NCBI GenBank assembly: GCA_963771465.1
Contig: CAVYTU010000013.1
Location: 192,001-256,000, forward strand
Direction: 5' to 3'
Source: an uncultured delta proteobacterium
GTDB lineage: Bacteria; Desulfobacterota; Binatia; UBA9968
DNA length: 64,000 nucleotides
This document shows, one piece after another, positions 45,456-55,401 of the stretch; position 1 is the stretch's first letter, and every line of letters begins with the position of its first letter. The notes beneath the pieces were generated by a model, which did no database searches, had not been told where the DNA came from, and saw only the letters and a list, made by a program, of their open reading frames with translations. The position numbers and the translations under genes were made by a program.

Positions 45456-45689
45456 ATGATGAAATCCGGCGGCGGTAAAATACTGGCTATTTAAGGGTTG
45501 GCTGTGCTCCTAGGGAGTGTCGCCTGCGAAAATATCTCGCTCATCAAACGGCCCACGCCTCAGCTCGATGGCGATGAAATCGTCGGTGAGATAACGAGGA
45601 TCGATGCAGGCCTCAAGCAAATCTATCTGCGTCCAACTGCCGACTTCTCCGGCCGCGTTTCGACACAGACAGTTCGCTATGACGAGTAA
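45456..45689 (+). pseudogene. Probable decayed lipoprotein gene
   Basis: MMKSGGGKILAI*GLAVLLGSVAC: in-frame TAA at 45492 inside the signal peptide; frame ends after a short beta-rich domain. Confidence 0.45.
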
Positions 45690-46102
45690 CCGGGGTGTGA
45701 GATCAGTATGCAAAGGGTCTGCTCGGTAAAAAACTCGAAGCATTTAGGCAAGGAGAGAATATGGCCGATCTAGCTGCCTGGTCTGTTACTGTGCCGATAT
45801 CTTTACTCGCTTTGCTTTGGGTCTTTGACGTACTCTAAGGCCCGCTTGCTCGGCGCGTGATTACAGTTGTCCGAGCGTTCAAAACCCTTCGGTAAGCCAA
45901 TCAGGAAAGCGAACTCGCGATATCACAGGTCTTAAATTACCGACTTTTACCTAGCAACCCGAACATTCCATCTCTTCAAGATATCGCAAGAGCGATTCTT
46001 TCTGTTAGCTAAAACTCGTAGGAAATTACCTTCGTAAAGGAAATTGCATACCGTCCCTGCGTCAAAACTCTCGTGAATTCGCGCTGTCCCTTGGCTCGCT
46101 CG

Positions 46103-46117
46103 TGGCACATGAATTGC
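46103..46117 (+). promoter_or_regulatory. sigma54 -24/-12 promoter
   Basis: TGGCAC-ATGAA-TTGC, 34 bp before ATG 46152. Confidence 0.8.
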
Positions 46118-46151
46118 GCTTCATATTTTTCGCCCGAGAAGGAGTTGGCGA

Positions 46152-46328
46152 ATGGAACTACCAGTCGATGCGCAGGATGTTGAGACCACTATCAATGAAC
46201 TTATTTTGATGTTGCGAGAAAACGCCAGCGACAGCCAGACCCATCAGCGCGAGACGCAAATTTTAGTGGCCTACGCGCTCTCAGGGCTTTTTGGCGGAGA
46301 AGGACTTTGTTCGCGATGCTGGCATTGA
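46152..46328 (+). CDS. Small hypothetical protein (58 aa, not in ORF track)
   Basis: AAGGAG RBS plus sigma54 motif; MELPVDAQDVETTINELILMLRENASDSQTHQRETQILVAYALSGLFGGEGLCSRCWH*. Confidence 0.6.
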   Translation: MELPVDAQDVETTINELILMLRENASDSQTHQRETQILVAYALSGLFGGEGLCSRCWH

Positions 46329-46506
46329 GCATCCTCAACGCGGACGATAAATAAAATAAAATGAAACCGAAGCTCCCAACTTCTAAGGATTCGCTAGACG
46401 ATCGTTGTGAGGAAAAAAAGCCTTCTGAACGGTTTTTCCCTTCAACAATTTTATCTGTGTTCGGTCTTTTCGCTTTGGATTCACGCATTTTTGCGCAGAT
46501 ATGCGC

Positions 46507-46521
46507 TGGCATCAGGATTGC
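46507..46521 (+). promoter_or_regulatory. sigma54 -24/-12 promoter
   Basis: TGGCAT-CAGGA-TTGC, 45 bp before ATG 46567. Confidence 0.8.
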
Positions 46522-46566
46522 GGATACAAAGATTCAGCTTAGTCTAGTAAAGGAGGGTTCTAAGGT

Positions 46567-46791
46567 ATGAAGACATTTTTAGTTTTGATGTTGGCAGCAG
46601 CGTTGACTCAATCGGGTTGCGCATTTCTCGGTGGTGCGGCTACCGGTGTGTTGGCTACCGGGGCAGGATATGAGATCCAGGCGAAGCGGCAAATGGATAA
46701 GCTGGATGACGATCTCAAGAGCGAGAGAATTTCGCGGCGCGAGTATGAGCAGCGCAAACAGCAGATCGAGAACGGTTCGATCATTTACTAA
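46567..46791 (+). CDS. Small lipoprotein
   Basis: AGGAGG upstream; LTQSGC lipobox, Gly-rich helix, charged tail. Confidence 0.75.
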   Translation: MKTFLVLMLAAALTQSGCAFLGGAATGVLATGAGYEIQAKRQMDKLDDDLKSERISRREYEQRKQQIENGSIIY

Positions 46792-46852
46792 GGACCGCTA
46801 AACGCGGCTGGTAAACGGAATGAAACGATCAAAGCAGAAAGGAGGTTATACT

Positions 46853-47020
46853 ATGTTAAGCTGGGCACTGACCTTTTTGATTATCGGTCTGATCGCTGCG
46901 CTTCTGGGCGTAGCGGGAGTTGCCGCCGTGGCAACACAGGTCGGCTGGATCTTATTTGTCGTTGGCCTCATCCTGCTAATCGTACATTCAGTCCGTGGAC
47001 GGGTGCCACCTGTCGCGTAA
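46853..47020 (+). CDS. DUF1328 (UPF0391/YtjA-like) small membrane protein
   Basis: AGGAGG RBS; MLSWALTFLIIGLIAALLG...ILFVVGLIL. Confidence 0.85.
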   Translation: MLSWALTFLIIGLIAALLGVAGVAAVATQVGWILFVVGLILLIVHSVRGRVPPVA

Positions 47021-47226
47021 GTGAGCTAGTGGATTCGAACGATGTTGTCAAAACATCGTTCGAATCCTGAGGACAAAGATTCGCTGGAATCGATCCAACG
47101 ATTTAATCAAGTTCACCCCACGATTGTTGTGATAGTCTCGCGCAGCGAGACCGGTAATGATGTTTTGCGGTTGATTCTTTCGATCGCCACGAAAGACGAC
47201 TACAGAACATCCATCGCGCCCTCGTT

Positions 47227-47584
47227 CTATAGTTGCATCGCTCGCGAATTGCTTGCGTCGCCGGTCAATATCATTTCCAGGACTTGGAAATCGAGCGGCT
47301 TTATTAAATGATAATTAAATCCGGCTTGGCGGGATTCTTCGCGGTCTTCATCGCTTCCCCAACCGGTTTGCGCGATCAAGATGATGTTCTTGAAGGCGTT
47401 CATTTTTCGCCGCTTCCTGCTCGGTATAGCCAAAGAGCCGTTCCGCTCCGCCATTCCAGCTGGTGATAATGCCGTTGAGATCTTTGCTAATAATAGCGTC
47501 GTCGGAAGACTCGACAATCGCTGCGAGTCTGGCACCGTCCCCGAGGAAAAAGTTACTGATGTTCGCTAGATCGATCGGCATCAC
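47227..47584 (-). pseudogene. Internally deleted PAS...REC hybrid kinase remnant
   Basis: PAS start [34 protein letters not shown] abuts the receiver C-terminus [28 protein letters not shown] in another frame. Confidence 0.75.
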
Positions 47585-47852
47585 GCCATTCCTTCAGTTG
47601 CAGAATCCACCGAGAGCCTCAAGAACTTACCGGACTACTGAGCGGTTCTTCTTGGAGACAAAAAACTAGGCTACTTCCCAGGTCAAATCAAGGGATATTG
47701 GCGCGATGTTAAACCGTCTCGCAGAATCAAGAAAAACGGAAACTGAAAAAAAAACAGCGAGGAACCCGCCGGCGCTTCAGCGCAAAATACCAGGCTTTCC
47801 TGGGATAGTGGCGAGGGTTACGCGGTAAGGAGAAGCCTATTTACGAAGAAAG

Positions 47853-48599
47853 TTACTTCCGCCGTTGCGGCTTAAATGTAGAGCCGCGTACGCCCACACT
47901 ATCGGATCGCGCAGAGGGTGAATCCGTTGATCTTAGTATCGATTGATCGTAGCGCGCCAACAGATCGGCGGGATGGCGATAAACTTCAATACATCCGGCG
48001 TGGCGTAATCGCTCTTCGGTCCAGCCGCCGCTAAGCAATCCGATTATACGCATATTTGCGTTGGTGGAGGCTTCGGCGTCATACGGTGTGTCGCCGACTG
48101 TAACGATTTCGCCGAGGGCGATATCGCCGAGCTTGCTGAGCGCAGCTTCGAAAATATCGGGATGCGGCTTGGATTGTTTGACGTCGGCGGACGAAGTGTC
48201 GGCTTCGATGAGATCCTCGATCCGGGCGATTTTTTTATACTCATCCAATTCATCTTTTTTGGCCGACGAAGCCAGTGCGATTTTTCGCCCATCGTCTTGG
48301 ATTCGGCGCAACAGCTCGCGCACTTTGGGGAAGGGTTTAATTTGTGGCAAGTATTCCGTCCGAAACAGATTACCGCGAAATTCCTCTAGCTCCCGGCCGA
48401 AACGACCGAGCTCTTCAGTGGAGAAAAACACTGGCAGAAGCTGATCGGCGCCTTTGCCGATCTGCCGGCGGATCGCTTCGAATGAAACGTCCCTGTCAAA
48501 CTTCGCGAAGGCAACCTGCCATGCCTTAGCATGGAGATCGACCGAATCGACTAACGTGCCGTCAACGTCAAAGATGACTGCTTCAAGCGCACTCTGCAT
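47853..48599 (-). CDS. HAD family hydrolase
   Basis: FDVDGTLVDS, ALASS, SKPHPDIF, VGDTPYD. Confidence 0.9.
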   Translation of the reverse strand: MQSALEAVIFDVDGTLVDSVDLHAKAWQVAFAKFDRDVSFEAIRRQIGKGADQLLPVFFSTEELGRFGRELEEFRGNLFRTEYLPQIKPFPKVRELLRRIQDDGRKIALASSAKKDELDEYKKIARIEDLIEADTSSADVKQSKPHPDIFEAALSKLGDIALGEIVTVGDTPYDAEASTNANMRIIGLLSGGWTEERLRHAGCIEVYRHPADLLARYDQSILRSTDSPSARSDSVGVRGSTFKPQRRK

Positions 48600-48744
48600 G
48601 GCCGCATTTACACTCGTCCGCGCTACCAGCGGGCCCAATATTGGCGCAAAAAGTGCTGCAAAAGGTTTCGCCCCCTTTGTCGACACCCTTGCCGTCTCGG
48701 ACTATGCAATCACAATCATCGTGGGCGCAATTCATCTCTGCCAT
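48583..48744 (-). CDS. Bacterial metallothionein-like protein (53 aa, not in ORF track)
   Basis: AAAGGAGG RBS; MAEMNCAHDDCDCIVRDGKGVDKGGETFCSTFCANIGPAGSADECKCGHAECA* (8 Cys, 2 His; BmtA/SmtA-like spacing). Confidence 0.85.
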   Translation of the reverse strand: MAEMNCAHDDCDCIVRDGKGVDKGGETFCSTFCANIGPAGSADECKCGHAECA

Positions 48745-48782
48745 AGGAGATCCCTCCTTTTAGCGACTTGACGAAGGAGAGT

Positions 48783-48798
48783 AGCAACCCCAGTGCCA
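48783..48798 (-). promoter_or_regulatory. sigma54 -24/-12 promoter
   Basis: Minus strand TGGCAC-TGGGG-TTGCT, 38 bp before the metallothionein ATG. Confidence 0.85.
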
Positions 48799-49102
48799 TT
48801 GGACGAAAAAGAAAATCTCTAACGACTACCTACCGATCTGAAGTTCACGCAGGATTTTCGCTGTCAGACAATCGGAATTAAAAGTCACGATTCGGAATGA
48901 TTTTCCCGACATCAGGATTCAGCAGCATGATGAAAGGCGGCCGTACTAAGTATTGTGGATGTGCAAGGTCTTCGCGAGATAAGGTTGCCGTGGCTATTAC
49001 AGCTTGCGGGGTCGCGAAGAGTCCAAACGTGAGAAAAAACCGACCGGTGTTGGCAGAGATCACAAGGTAAATGATGTCGGGAGAGGAAGTTGACGGGTGG
49101 CT

Positions 49103-49324
49103 TTAGCGAGTAGGTAGGGTGCGTCGCGACCGATCCATGCCGCCAATAATCAGCTTGAACCGCTGGCCAACTTTCGCGGGATGACGATATCCTGGGAGGT
49201 GCAATTTCTCCGAGCGGGGCTCGTTCTGGGCCCGTTCATCAGGTAATTTGAGAGCCGCAAGCGTCTGTTCGCACAGGTCTAGCATCTCAACCAGCAACTC
49301 GCCGCCTTTGCCATAACTAACCAT
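49103..49324 (-). CDS. Possible small hypothetical protein
   Basis: MVSYGKGGELLVEMLDLCEQ...; only a degenerate TTGCAC-N5-TTGC upstream. Confidence 0.3.
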   Translation of the reverse strand: MVSYGKGGELLVEMLDLCEQTLAALKLPDERAQNEPRSEKLHLPGYRHPAKVGQRFKLIIGGMDRSRRTLPTR

Positions 49325-49563
49325 GAAGCTTCCATATAGGCAAAAATCGTGCAAAGCCGAAAGGCTGGAACTTCACCACTTTGAGTCGCTTGCGAGCCAT
49401 CGCGGGTGTCGTTCGATAGTCCACCTGAACAGAGTCGTCACTGAGCTTCACGACTTGATGTGATTTTTGTCTCGGTGCAGCGATGAGATGAAGCCGTGAT
49501 TGACAGCCTTGAGCGAGCGTACTAAGCGATGAGTGAAAAACTTTTCACAAACCAAAATCCTCG

Positions 49564-50775
49564 ATGAAGCGAACTAATAAAGTCACTCTGGCAGATCTAC
49601 CTCACGTCGGTCGCGGCACGCCGGCGGGCGACTGGTTTCGCCGTCACTGGTTGGTTGTCGGCACGACAGCCGATTTGCGGGACATCCCTCAGGCTGTCAA
49701 AGTTCTCGGCGAAGAGTTGGTTTTGTTTCGCGACGACAAAGACGCCGTCGGTTTACTCGGCCTACACTGTCCGCATCGCGGCAGCTCGCTTGAGTACGGC
49801 GATATCGAGGACGGCGGCATTCGCTGTCCCTATCATGGCTGGCTGTTCGACGTGGGCGGGCAATGCTTAGACATGCCGGCGGAGGCGGGCGACCGGAGCT
49901 TCGCGCGCAAAGTGCGCCATCGCTCCTATCCGGTTCGTCAACAGGGCGGTTTGCTCTTCGCTTACTTGGGTACGGATCGCGATCATCCGCCGCCGCTGCC
50001 GGAATATCTTCCGCTGGTGAGCGAGCACGGCCAAAGGTCGCTCGAACCGACTCGAGTCTATGATTACAACTGGTTTAACTTCATTGAGAACGGCGCCGAT
50101 CCGGCGCATTTTTCGATTCTCCATCGCGCCGATCCCGACGACGGAACCTGGCGCAGTTGGTTTTTCAACTTTCGCGACATTCCGCCGTTCGACGCCATCG
50201 AGATGGCTTACGGGATGAAGGTAGTGTCGCGCAAACCGGGGCCCAACGTTGAAAGTGAATACGTTGACGAGAAAAGTTTCGCGCTGCCAAGCATATTGCA
50301 AATCGGCGACACGGAGTTCACGCACTTCAAGCAGCCGCGCGAAGCGCTGCGCGGCGGTTCGCACAATGCCCATATCATGTTCGTCACCCCCTGTGACGAC
50401 GAGAGTTTCACGCTCTACACGGTCAATCATTACACCGGTGACGACGCCGAATTCTTTCAGAAACTCGCACCGAGCCGCAAGATCGAGACCCGAGCGGAGA
50501 AAAAACCTTACGACCAGCGTAAGCATGCGCCGTTTCGCGGCAGCGTGCGGACGGAAGACATCGCTTGTCAGGCGACGCAGAAAATTCTCGGCTCACGGCG
50601 GGAACAGCTCGCGACGTCGGATCGCGGCGTGATTATGCTGAGAAAACTGATTCTGGATGATATAGAAGCGCTACGCCGCGGCAGACAGCCAAGAGCGCTG
50701 GCTTGGGCGGCCGAGTATGGTAGCCCGATCAAGATCGACTCGTTTACCGGCGTACGCCCGAAAGGAATATCTTAA
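49564..50775 (+). CDS. Rieske non-heme iron oxygenase alpha subunit (phthalate/vanillate-type)
   Basis: CPH...CPYHGW Rieske motif; ENGADPAHFSILH mononuclear Fe motif. Confidence 0.9.
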   Translation: MKRTNKVTLADLPHVGRGTPAGDWFRRHWLVVGTTADLRDIPQAVKVLGEELVLFRDDKDAVGLLGLHCPHRGSSLEYGDIEDGGIRCPYHGWLFDVGGQCLDMPAEAGDRSFARKVRHRSYPVRQQGGLLFAYLGTDRDHPPPLPEYLPLVSEHGQRSLEPTRVYDYNWFNFIENGADPAHFSILHRADPDDGTWRSWFFNFRDIPPFDAIEMAYGMKVVSRKPGPNVESEYVDEKSFALPSILQIGDTEFTHFKQPREALRGGSHNAHIMFVTPCDDESFTLYTVNHYTGDDAEFFQKLAPSRKIETRAEKKPYDQRKHAPFRGSVRTEDIACQATQKILGSRREQLATSDRGVIMLRKLILDDIEALRRGRQPRALAWAAEYGSPIKIDSFTGVRPKGIS

Positions 50776-50778
50776 CCC

Positions 50779-51753
50779 ATGCTACGGAGAGTGTTTGGAC
50801 TTGTCGTCCTGTCGATCGTTGTCTGCGTCGGCTCAAGCAAAGCCGCGCCGATGCGCATCGCTTACAGCGCGATCAGCGGCGCGATGTCGTCGCTCTGGGT
50901 GGCGCAGGAAGGAGGCTACTTCAAGCGCGAGGGATTGGACACGGAACTTCTTTACATCGGCGGCGGTTCGCTTTTAATTCAAGCGATGCTGAGCGGCGAC
51001 GTGCCGTTCGCCTACGGGCCGTCGGTGCCGGTGATCAACGCGTCGCTGCGCGGCGCCGATTTGGTTTTGATCGGCAATACCGGCAACAGCTTGGTTTTTT
51101 CCGTCATGTCGCGGCCGGAGATCAAGCAGCCGGCTCAGCTTAAGGGCAAAAAAATCGGTGTGACTCGTCTCGGCGGCTCGACCGATTGGGCGTTGGATGC
51201 GGCCTTGAAACATTGGAACATTGAGCGCGGCCAGATCACCGTCATTCAAACTGGCGGCATGCCCGAGGGATTAGCGGCGCTTTCGGCCGGCGCGCTCGAT
51301 GCGGTCATCCTTTCGCCGCCGAGTAATTTCCGCGCCGCCAAGGCCGGCATGCATGAGTTGGAAGACGTCGGGCAATTGAAAATCACTTTCCCCAACACAC
51401 CGCTCTCGACGACGCGATCGTTTATCCGCACTAACCGCGACACAGCGCTGCGTTTTCTGCGCGGATTTACTCAAGGCTTGCAGCGGCTACGGGCTGATAA
51501 AGAGTTCAGCATGAAAGTGTTGTTCAAATACACCAAGGTGCCCGACGCCGAGACACTCAGCCAACTGCATCAGACCTACGGCGTGCGTTACAGCGGCGAC
51601 CGGATTCCCTACGTACGGCCGGAGAGCATCGACGAGATACTCAAACGGACGCCGGGCAAGGAAGCGCGCGATGCCAAGGCCGGCGACTTCATCGACAATA
51701 GCTTGCTGCAAGAGTTGGACAAGAGCGGCGGGTTCAAAGGTCAAGCGAAGTAA
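50779..51753 (+). CDS. ABC transporter substrate-binding protein (NMT1/SsuA-like)
   Basis: Signal peptide; GYFKREGLD, LKGKKIGV. Confidence 0.85.
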   Translation: MLRRVFGLVVLSIVVCVGSSKAAPMRIAYSAISGAMSSLWVAQEGGYFKREGLDTELLYIGGGSLLIQAMLSGDVPFAYGPSVPVINASLRGADLVLIGNTGNSLVFSVMSRPEIKQPAQLKGKKIGVTRLGGSTDWALDAALKHWNIERGQITVIQTGGMPEGLAALSAGALDAVILSPPSNFRAAKAGMHELEDVGQLKITFPNTPLSTTRSFIRTNRDTALRFLRGFTQGLQRLRADKEFSMKVLFKYTKVPDAETLSQLHQTYGVRYSGDRIPYVRPESIDEILKRTPGKEARDAKAGDFIDNSLLQELDKSGGFKGQAK

Positions 51754-51757
51754 TACC

Positions 51758-52642
51758 ATGCGCGTCGTCGTCACGGGTGGATCGGGCCGGCTTGGGCAGT
51801 TCGTCGTGCGCGAACTGTTCACCCACGCCCATCAAGTCTCAGCCATCGATACGGTCAAGCCGCGCGAGTGTCCTTGTCCGACTTATGTCGTCGATTTAAA
51901 TAAGGTTGAGCCATTGATCGAGCAATTCAACAAAGCCGACGCGGTGATTCATCTCGCGCGCCGGCGTTTTCCGTATACGGAAAACGGATTTAACAGCGTC
52001 ACGCAGCGCTGGGAGTTTTCTGACGTTGCCGGCGACGCCGAGCGTTTCAATGCGAACGTGGCGATGACCAACAATGTTTTGGCCGCCGCGGAATCTGCGG
52101 GATTGACGAAAGTTGTCTGCGGATCGAGCTTGGCGATTTATGGCCTGTACTATCCGGTGACCGATTTACTGCCCGATTACTTGCCGGTCGATGAAACTCA
52201 TCCGCTGCGGCCGCAGGATGCTTACGGTTTGACTAAGCTCGTCGGTGAGAAGCTGTGCGATGCATTCAGCCAAAAGAGCGGCATGCAGATCGCGAGTCTA
52301 CGTTTTTCCGGTATTTATACCGAAGAGCATCGCGCACTGCTCGCCGAGCGAAAGAACCATCCGACGATCCGTGGCACCGGCGCGCTGTGGAGTTACATCG
52401 ACGTGCGCGACGCGGCGCGGGCATGCCGGTTGGCGCTTGAGACGAATTTCACCGGCCATCAAGCGTTTAACATCTGTGCGCCCGACACGATCATGGATAT
52501 TCCAACCCGAGAGCTTGTCAGCCGCTATCTTTCCCAGGTAAGGGATTTACGGGAAGATTTGGCCGGACAGAGCAGCGGTTACAGTGTCGTCAAAGCCAAG
52601 GCGACGTTGGGGTTTGCAGCAAAATTGTTGATTGAAAGATAA
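51758..52642 (+). CDS. NAD-dependent epimerase/dehydratase family protein
   Basis: TGGSGRLG, VIHLA, YGLTK. Confidence 0.85.
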   Translation: MRVVVTGGSGRLGQFVVRELFTHAHQVSAIDTVKPRECPCPTYVVDLNKVEPLIEQFNKADAVIHLARRRFPYTENGFNSVTQRWEFSDVAGDAERFNANVAMTNNVLAAAESAGLTKVVCGSSLAIYGLYYPVTDLLPDYLPVDETHPLRPQDAYGLTKLVGEKLCDAFSQKSGMQIASLRFSGIYTEEHRALLAERKNHPTIRGTGALWSYIDVRDAARACRLALETNFTGHQAFNICAPDTIMDIPTRELVSRYLSQVRDLREDLAGQSSGYSVVKAKATLGFAAKLLIER

Positions 52643-52661
52643 TTCGCAGGATGATGGCCAC

Positions 52662-54038
52662 ATGATGGACTTGCATGAGTTTCTCAAAGTTCTCGAAGAA
52701 GAGCACGAGTTGGTAAAGATCAAAGCCGAGGTCGCCGCGCAGCATGAGCTGGGCGCGATCTGTAAGCTTCACAACGAGCGGCCCAACAGTCCGGCGCTGC
52801 TGTTCGAAAACGTGAAGGGCCACAAGATCCCCGTCGTCGGTCAGCTCTTGGCGAGCGATCGGCGCGTGGCGTTGGCGCTCGGGCTATCGCAGGAAAACGT
52901 TTTTGACGAAACCGTTCGTCGCGCTAACAAACCGTTGCCGACCCGGTTAGTCGCGAGCGGACCCTGTCAGGAGGTCGTCTACGAAGGCGGCGATGTCGAC
53001 GTGACTCATCTGCCGCTGTGCACCAACAATCCGCGCGACGGCGGGCCGTACATCACGGCGGGCCATGTGATCTTGAAAGATCCCGAGTACGGCAAAAATT
53101 TGTCCATCTATCGGATGATGCTGGTGTCGAAGAACGAAGTGACAATCCGTTTTACGCCGGGACATGACGGTCACGATTTTTTCAAGAATGCCGAAAAACG
53201 CGGCGATAAGAAGTTTCAAGTCGCCGTGTGTATTGGCGTGCCGCCGGCGGTGTACGTCGCGTCGCAGTTCGAGCCGCGCATCGGTGTTTATGAATTGGAA
53301 ATCGCCGGCGGTCTGGCCGGCGAGTCCATCGACGTGGTCAAATGCCGCACGGTCGATCTCGAAGTGCCGGCGCTGGCCGAGATCGTTCTCGAAGGCGAGC
53401 TCGAAATTCCCGCCAAGACCGGCAACGAAGGACCGTTCGGCGAGTTCTGCGGCTACACGACGCAGCAAGTGCCGGGCGAACGAGTCATGACGATCAAGGC
53501 GGTCACGCACAGGAAAAATCCGATCTATCACAATATCTGGCTCGGCAAGCCGCCCCATGAACATCTCTACGTCGACGCGCTAACCTACGCCGTGGCGGCG
53601 TATCAAGAATTGAAACCGGCCTATCCGGCGCTCAAGAAAGCTTACGCGCCGCCCTGGGGCGTTTCGATCGTTCTCGTTCTACAACTGGAAAAGCGGCTGA
53701 TGCGCCAGGGCATCGTCGACAACATCCTCGCCGCGTCGCTTTATACCCGCAGCGGCAAATGGAAACATGTCATCGTCGTCGATGAAGATATCGTGATCGA
53801 AGACCCCAACGAAGTGCTGTGGGCGCTGACGACGCGCTTTCAACCGGCATCTGATATGTTCGTTATCCCGCGCGGCATCACCAGCACGCTGGAGCCTTCG
53901 GCGACGGCGGAAGGGGTGACGTCGAAACTGATGCTCGACTTGACCAAGAAGCAAAACTTCCGCGGCGAAGTCGCCGAGCCGACCGCTGCGATGCGCGAAA
54001 AAGTTTTGCAACGGTGGCAGGAATACGGCTTCAAATAG
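52662..54038 (+). CDS. UbiD family (prFMN-dependent) decarboxylase
   Basis: DGGPYIT, NLSIYR, EIVLEG, EGPFGEF, IVVDEDI...WALTTR. Confidence 0.9.
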   Translation: MMDLHEFLKVLEEEHELVKIKAEVAAQHELGAICKLHNERPNSPALLFENVKGHKIPVVGQLLASDRRVALALGLSQENVFDETVRRANKPLPTRLVASGPCQEVVYEGGDVDVTHLPLCTNNPRDGGPYITAGHVILKDPEYGKNLSIYRMMLVSKNEVTIRFTPGHDGHDFFKNAEKRGDKKFQVAVCIGVPPAVYVASQFEPRIGVYELEIAGGLAGESIDVVKCRTVDLEVPALAEIVLEGELEIPAKTGNEGPFGEFCGYTTQQVPGERVMTIKAVTHRKNPIYHNIWLGKPPHEHLYVDALTYAVAAYQELKPAYPALKKAYAPPWGVSIVLVLQLEKRLMRQGIVDNILAASLYTRSGKWKHVIVVDEDIVIEDPNEVLWALTTRFQPASDMFVIPRGITSTLEPSATAEGVTSKLMLDLTKKQNFRGEVAEPTAAMREKVLQRWQEYGFK

Positions 54039-54104
54039 CATTTGAGGGAAATTCCCAACGTTCCAGCCGTTTGGGATCGCGGGATAGTTAAAAGTGAAAT
54101 TGTC

Positions 54105-55334
54105 ATGGCACGGTCAAGTATCAAAAGAAGCAACAAGAAAGTCACGCTCGCCGACATTCCTCATGTGGGTCCGGGCACGCCAGCGGGAGAATGGTTTCGC
54201 CGCTATTGGCTGGTCGTCGGCGTGGCGCGCGATCTCTACGATATTCCTCAGGCGGTCAAAGTTCTTGGCGAAGAGCTGGTGCTGTTTCGCGATGCCAACG
54301 GCCAATTGGGTTTGCTCGGCGAGCATTGTCCGCACCGCGGCACGTCGTTGGAATACGGCGATATCGAAGACGGCGGACTGCGTTGTCCGTATCATGGTTG
54401 GCTGTTCGACGTTCACGGCCAGTGTTTGGAGATGCCGGCGGAGCCCAAGGACAGCAAGTTCTGCCAGAAGGTGAAGCATCTGGCGTATCCGGTGCGTGAG
54501 TTGGGCGGATTGATCTTTGCCTACATGGGCACGGATCGCGACAATCCACCGCCGCTGCCCAATTACGCGCCGCTGCTCGACCGCGGCGGCCAGCGCCAGA
54601 TCGAAGCGGTGCGTTACGCCGATTACAATTGGTTCAACTTTTTCGAAAACTCCGCCGATCCGGCGCATGTCTGTATCCTGCACCGTCATGCCGGCTACGG
54701 CCAGCAGTCGTGGGGCGATCATTTTTTTAGCTATCGGGACATGCCGTATTTCGACTTCGTCGAGATGGACTACGGCATGAAAGTCGTCATGACCAAGCCC
54801 GGCCCGACGCCGGCAACCGAATTCATCGACGAGATGAGCCTGGCGCTGCCGAGCATCGTGCAAGTGGGCGATACCGAATTCGTCCACGCCAAGATGGACG
54901 CGGCGGCGCTGATCGACGCCGGGTCGCAGTGCGAGCATTGGATGTTTGTCACGCCCAACGACGATGAGCACTTCATGCTGTTCACCGCCGACAACTACTT
55001 TGGTCCGGAGGAGAATTTTTTTGCCAAGCTCAAAGAGCTGCGCGCAAAAGAAACGCCGGTCGAGCCCGTGAAGCCCTACGACAAGCGCAAGCACATGCCG
55101 TATAAAGGCAACGTGCGCAAGGAAGACATCATGACGCAGGGGACGCAGGGATTGCTCGGCGAACGCGGCGAGCAACTGGGCGTGTCGGACCGCGGCGTGA
55201 TCAAGTTTCGCAAGATCGTCGTCGACGCCATCGGTACGGCGCTCAACGGTGGCCGGCCGAAAGGCGTGCTGGTCAACGAACGAGCGCGCGAAATGATGCA
55301 ATTGGATACCCAGGTGGGAGTGCGGAATAAATAA
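54105..55334 (+). CDS. Rieske non-heme iron oxygenase alpha subunit, paralog of 49564-50775
   Basis: CPH...CPYHGW; ENSADPAHVCILH. Confidence 0.9.
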   Translation: MARSSIKRSNKKVTLADIPHVGPGTPAGEWFRRYWLVVGVARDLYDIPQAVKVLGEELVLFRDANGQLGLLGEHCPHRGTSLEYGDIEDGGLRCPYHGWLFDVHGQCLEMPAEPKDSKFCQKVKHLAYPVRELGGLIFAYMGTDRDNPPPLPNYAPLLDRGGQRQIEAVRYADYNWFNFFENSADPAHVCILHRHAGYGQQSWGDHFFSYRDMPYFDFVEMDYGMKVVMTKPGPTPATEFIDEMSLALPSIVQVGDTEFVHAKMDAAALIDAGSQCEHWMFVTPNDDEHFMLFTADNYFGPEENFFAKLKELRAKETPVEPVKPYDKRKHMPYKGNVRKEDIMTQGTQGLLGERGEQLGVSDRGVIKFRKIVVDAIGTALNGGRPKGVLVNERAREMMQLDTQVGVRNK

Positions 55335-55401
55335 TGGATAATGGAGAATTGCTAATTGAGCATTTCGGATCCCAGGCTGGAGGATTAAACGGGAGGAAAT
55401 C

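Noticed and set aside
49500-49528. sigma70 promoter for the catabolic cluster (TTGACA at 49500; similarly at 17847)
   Set aside because: Perfect -35 box but no convincing -10 box at 16-18 bp spacing
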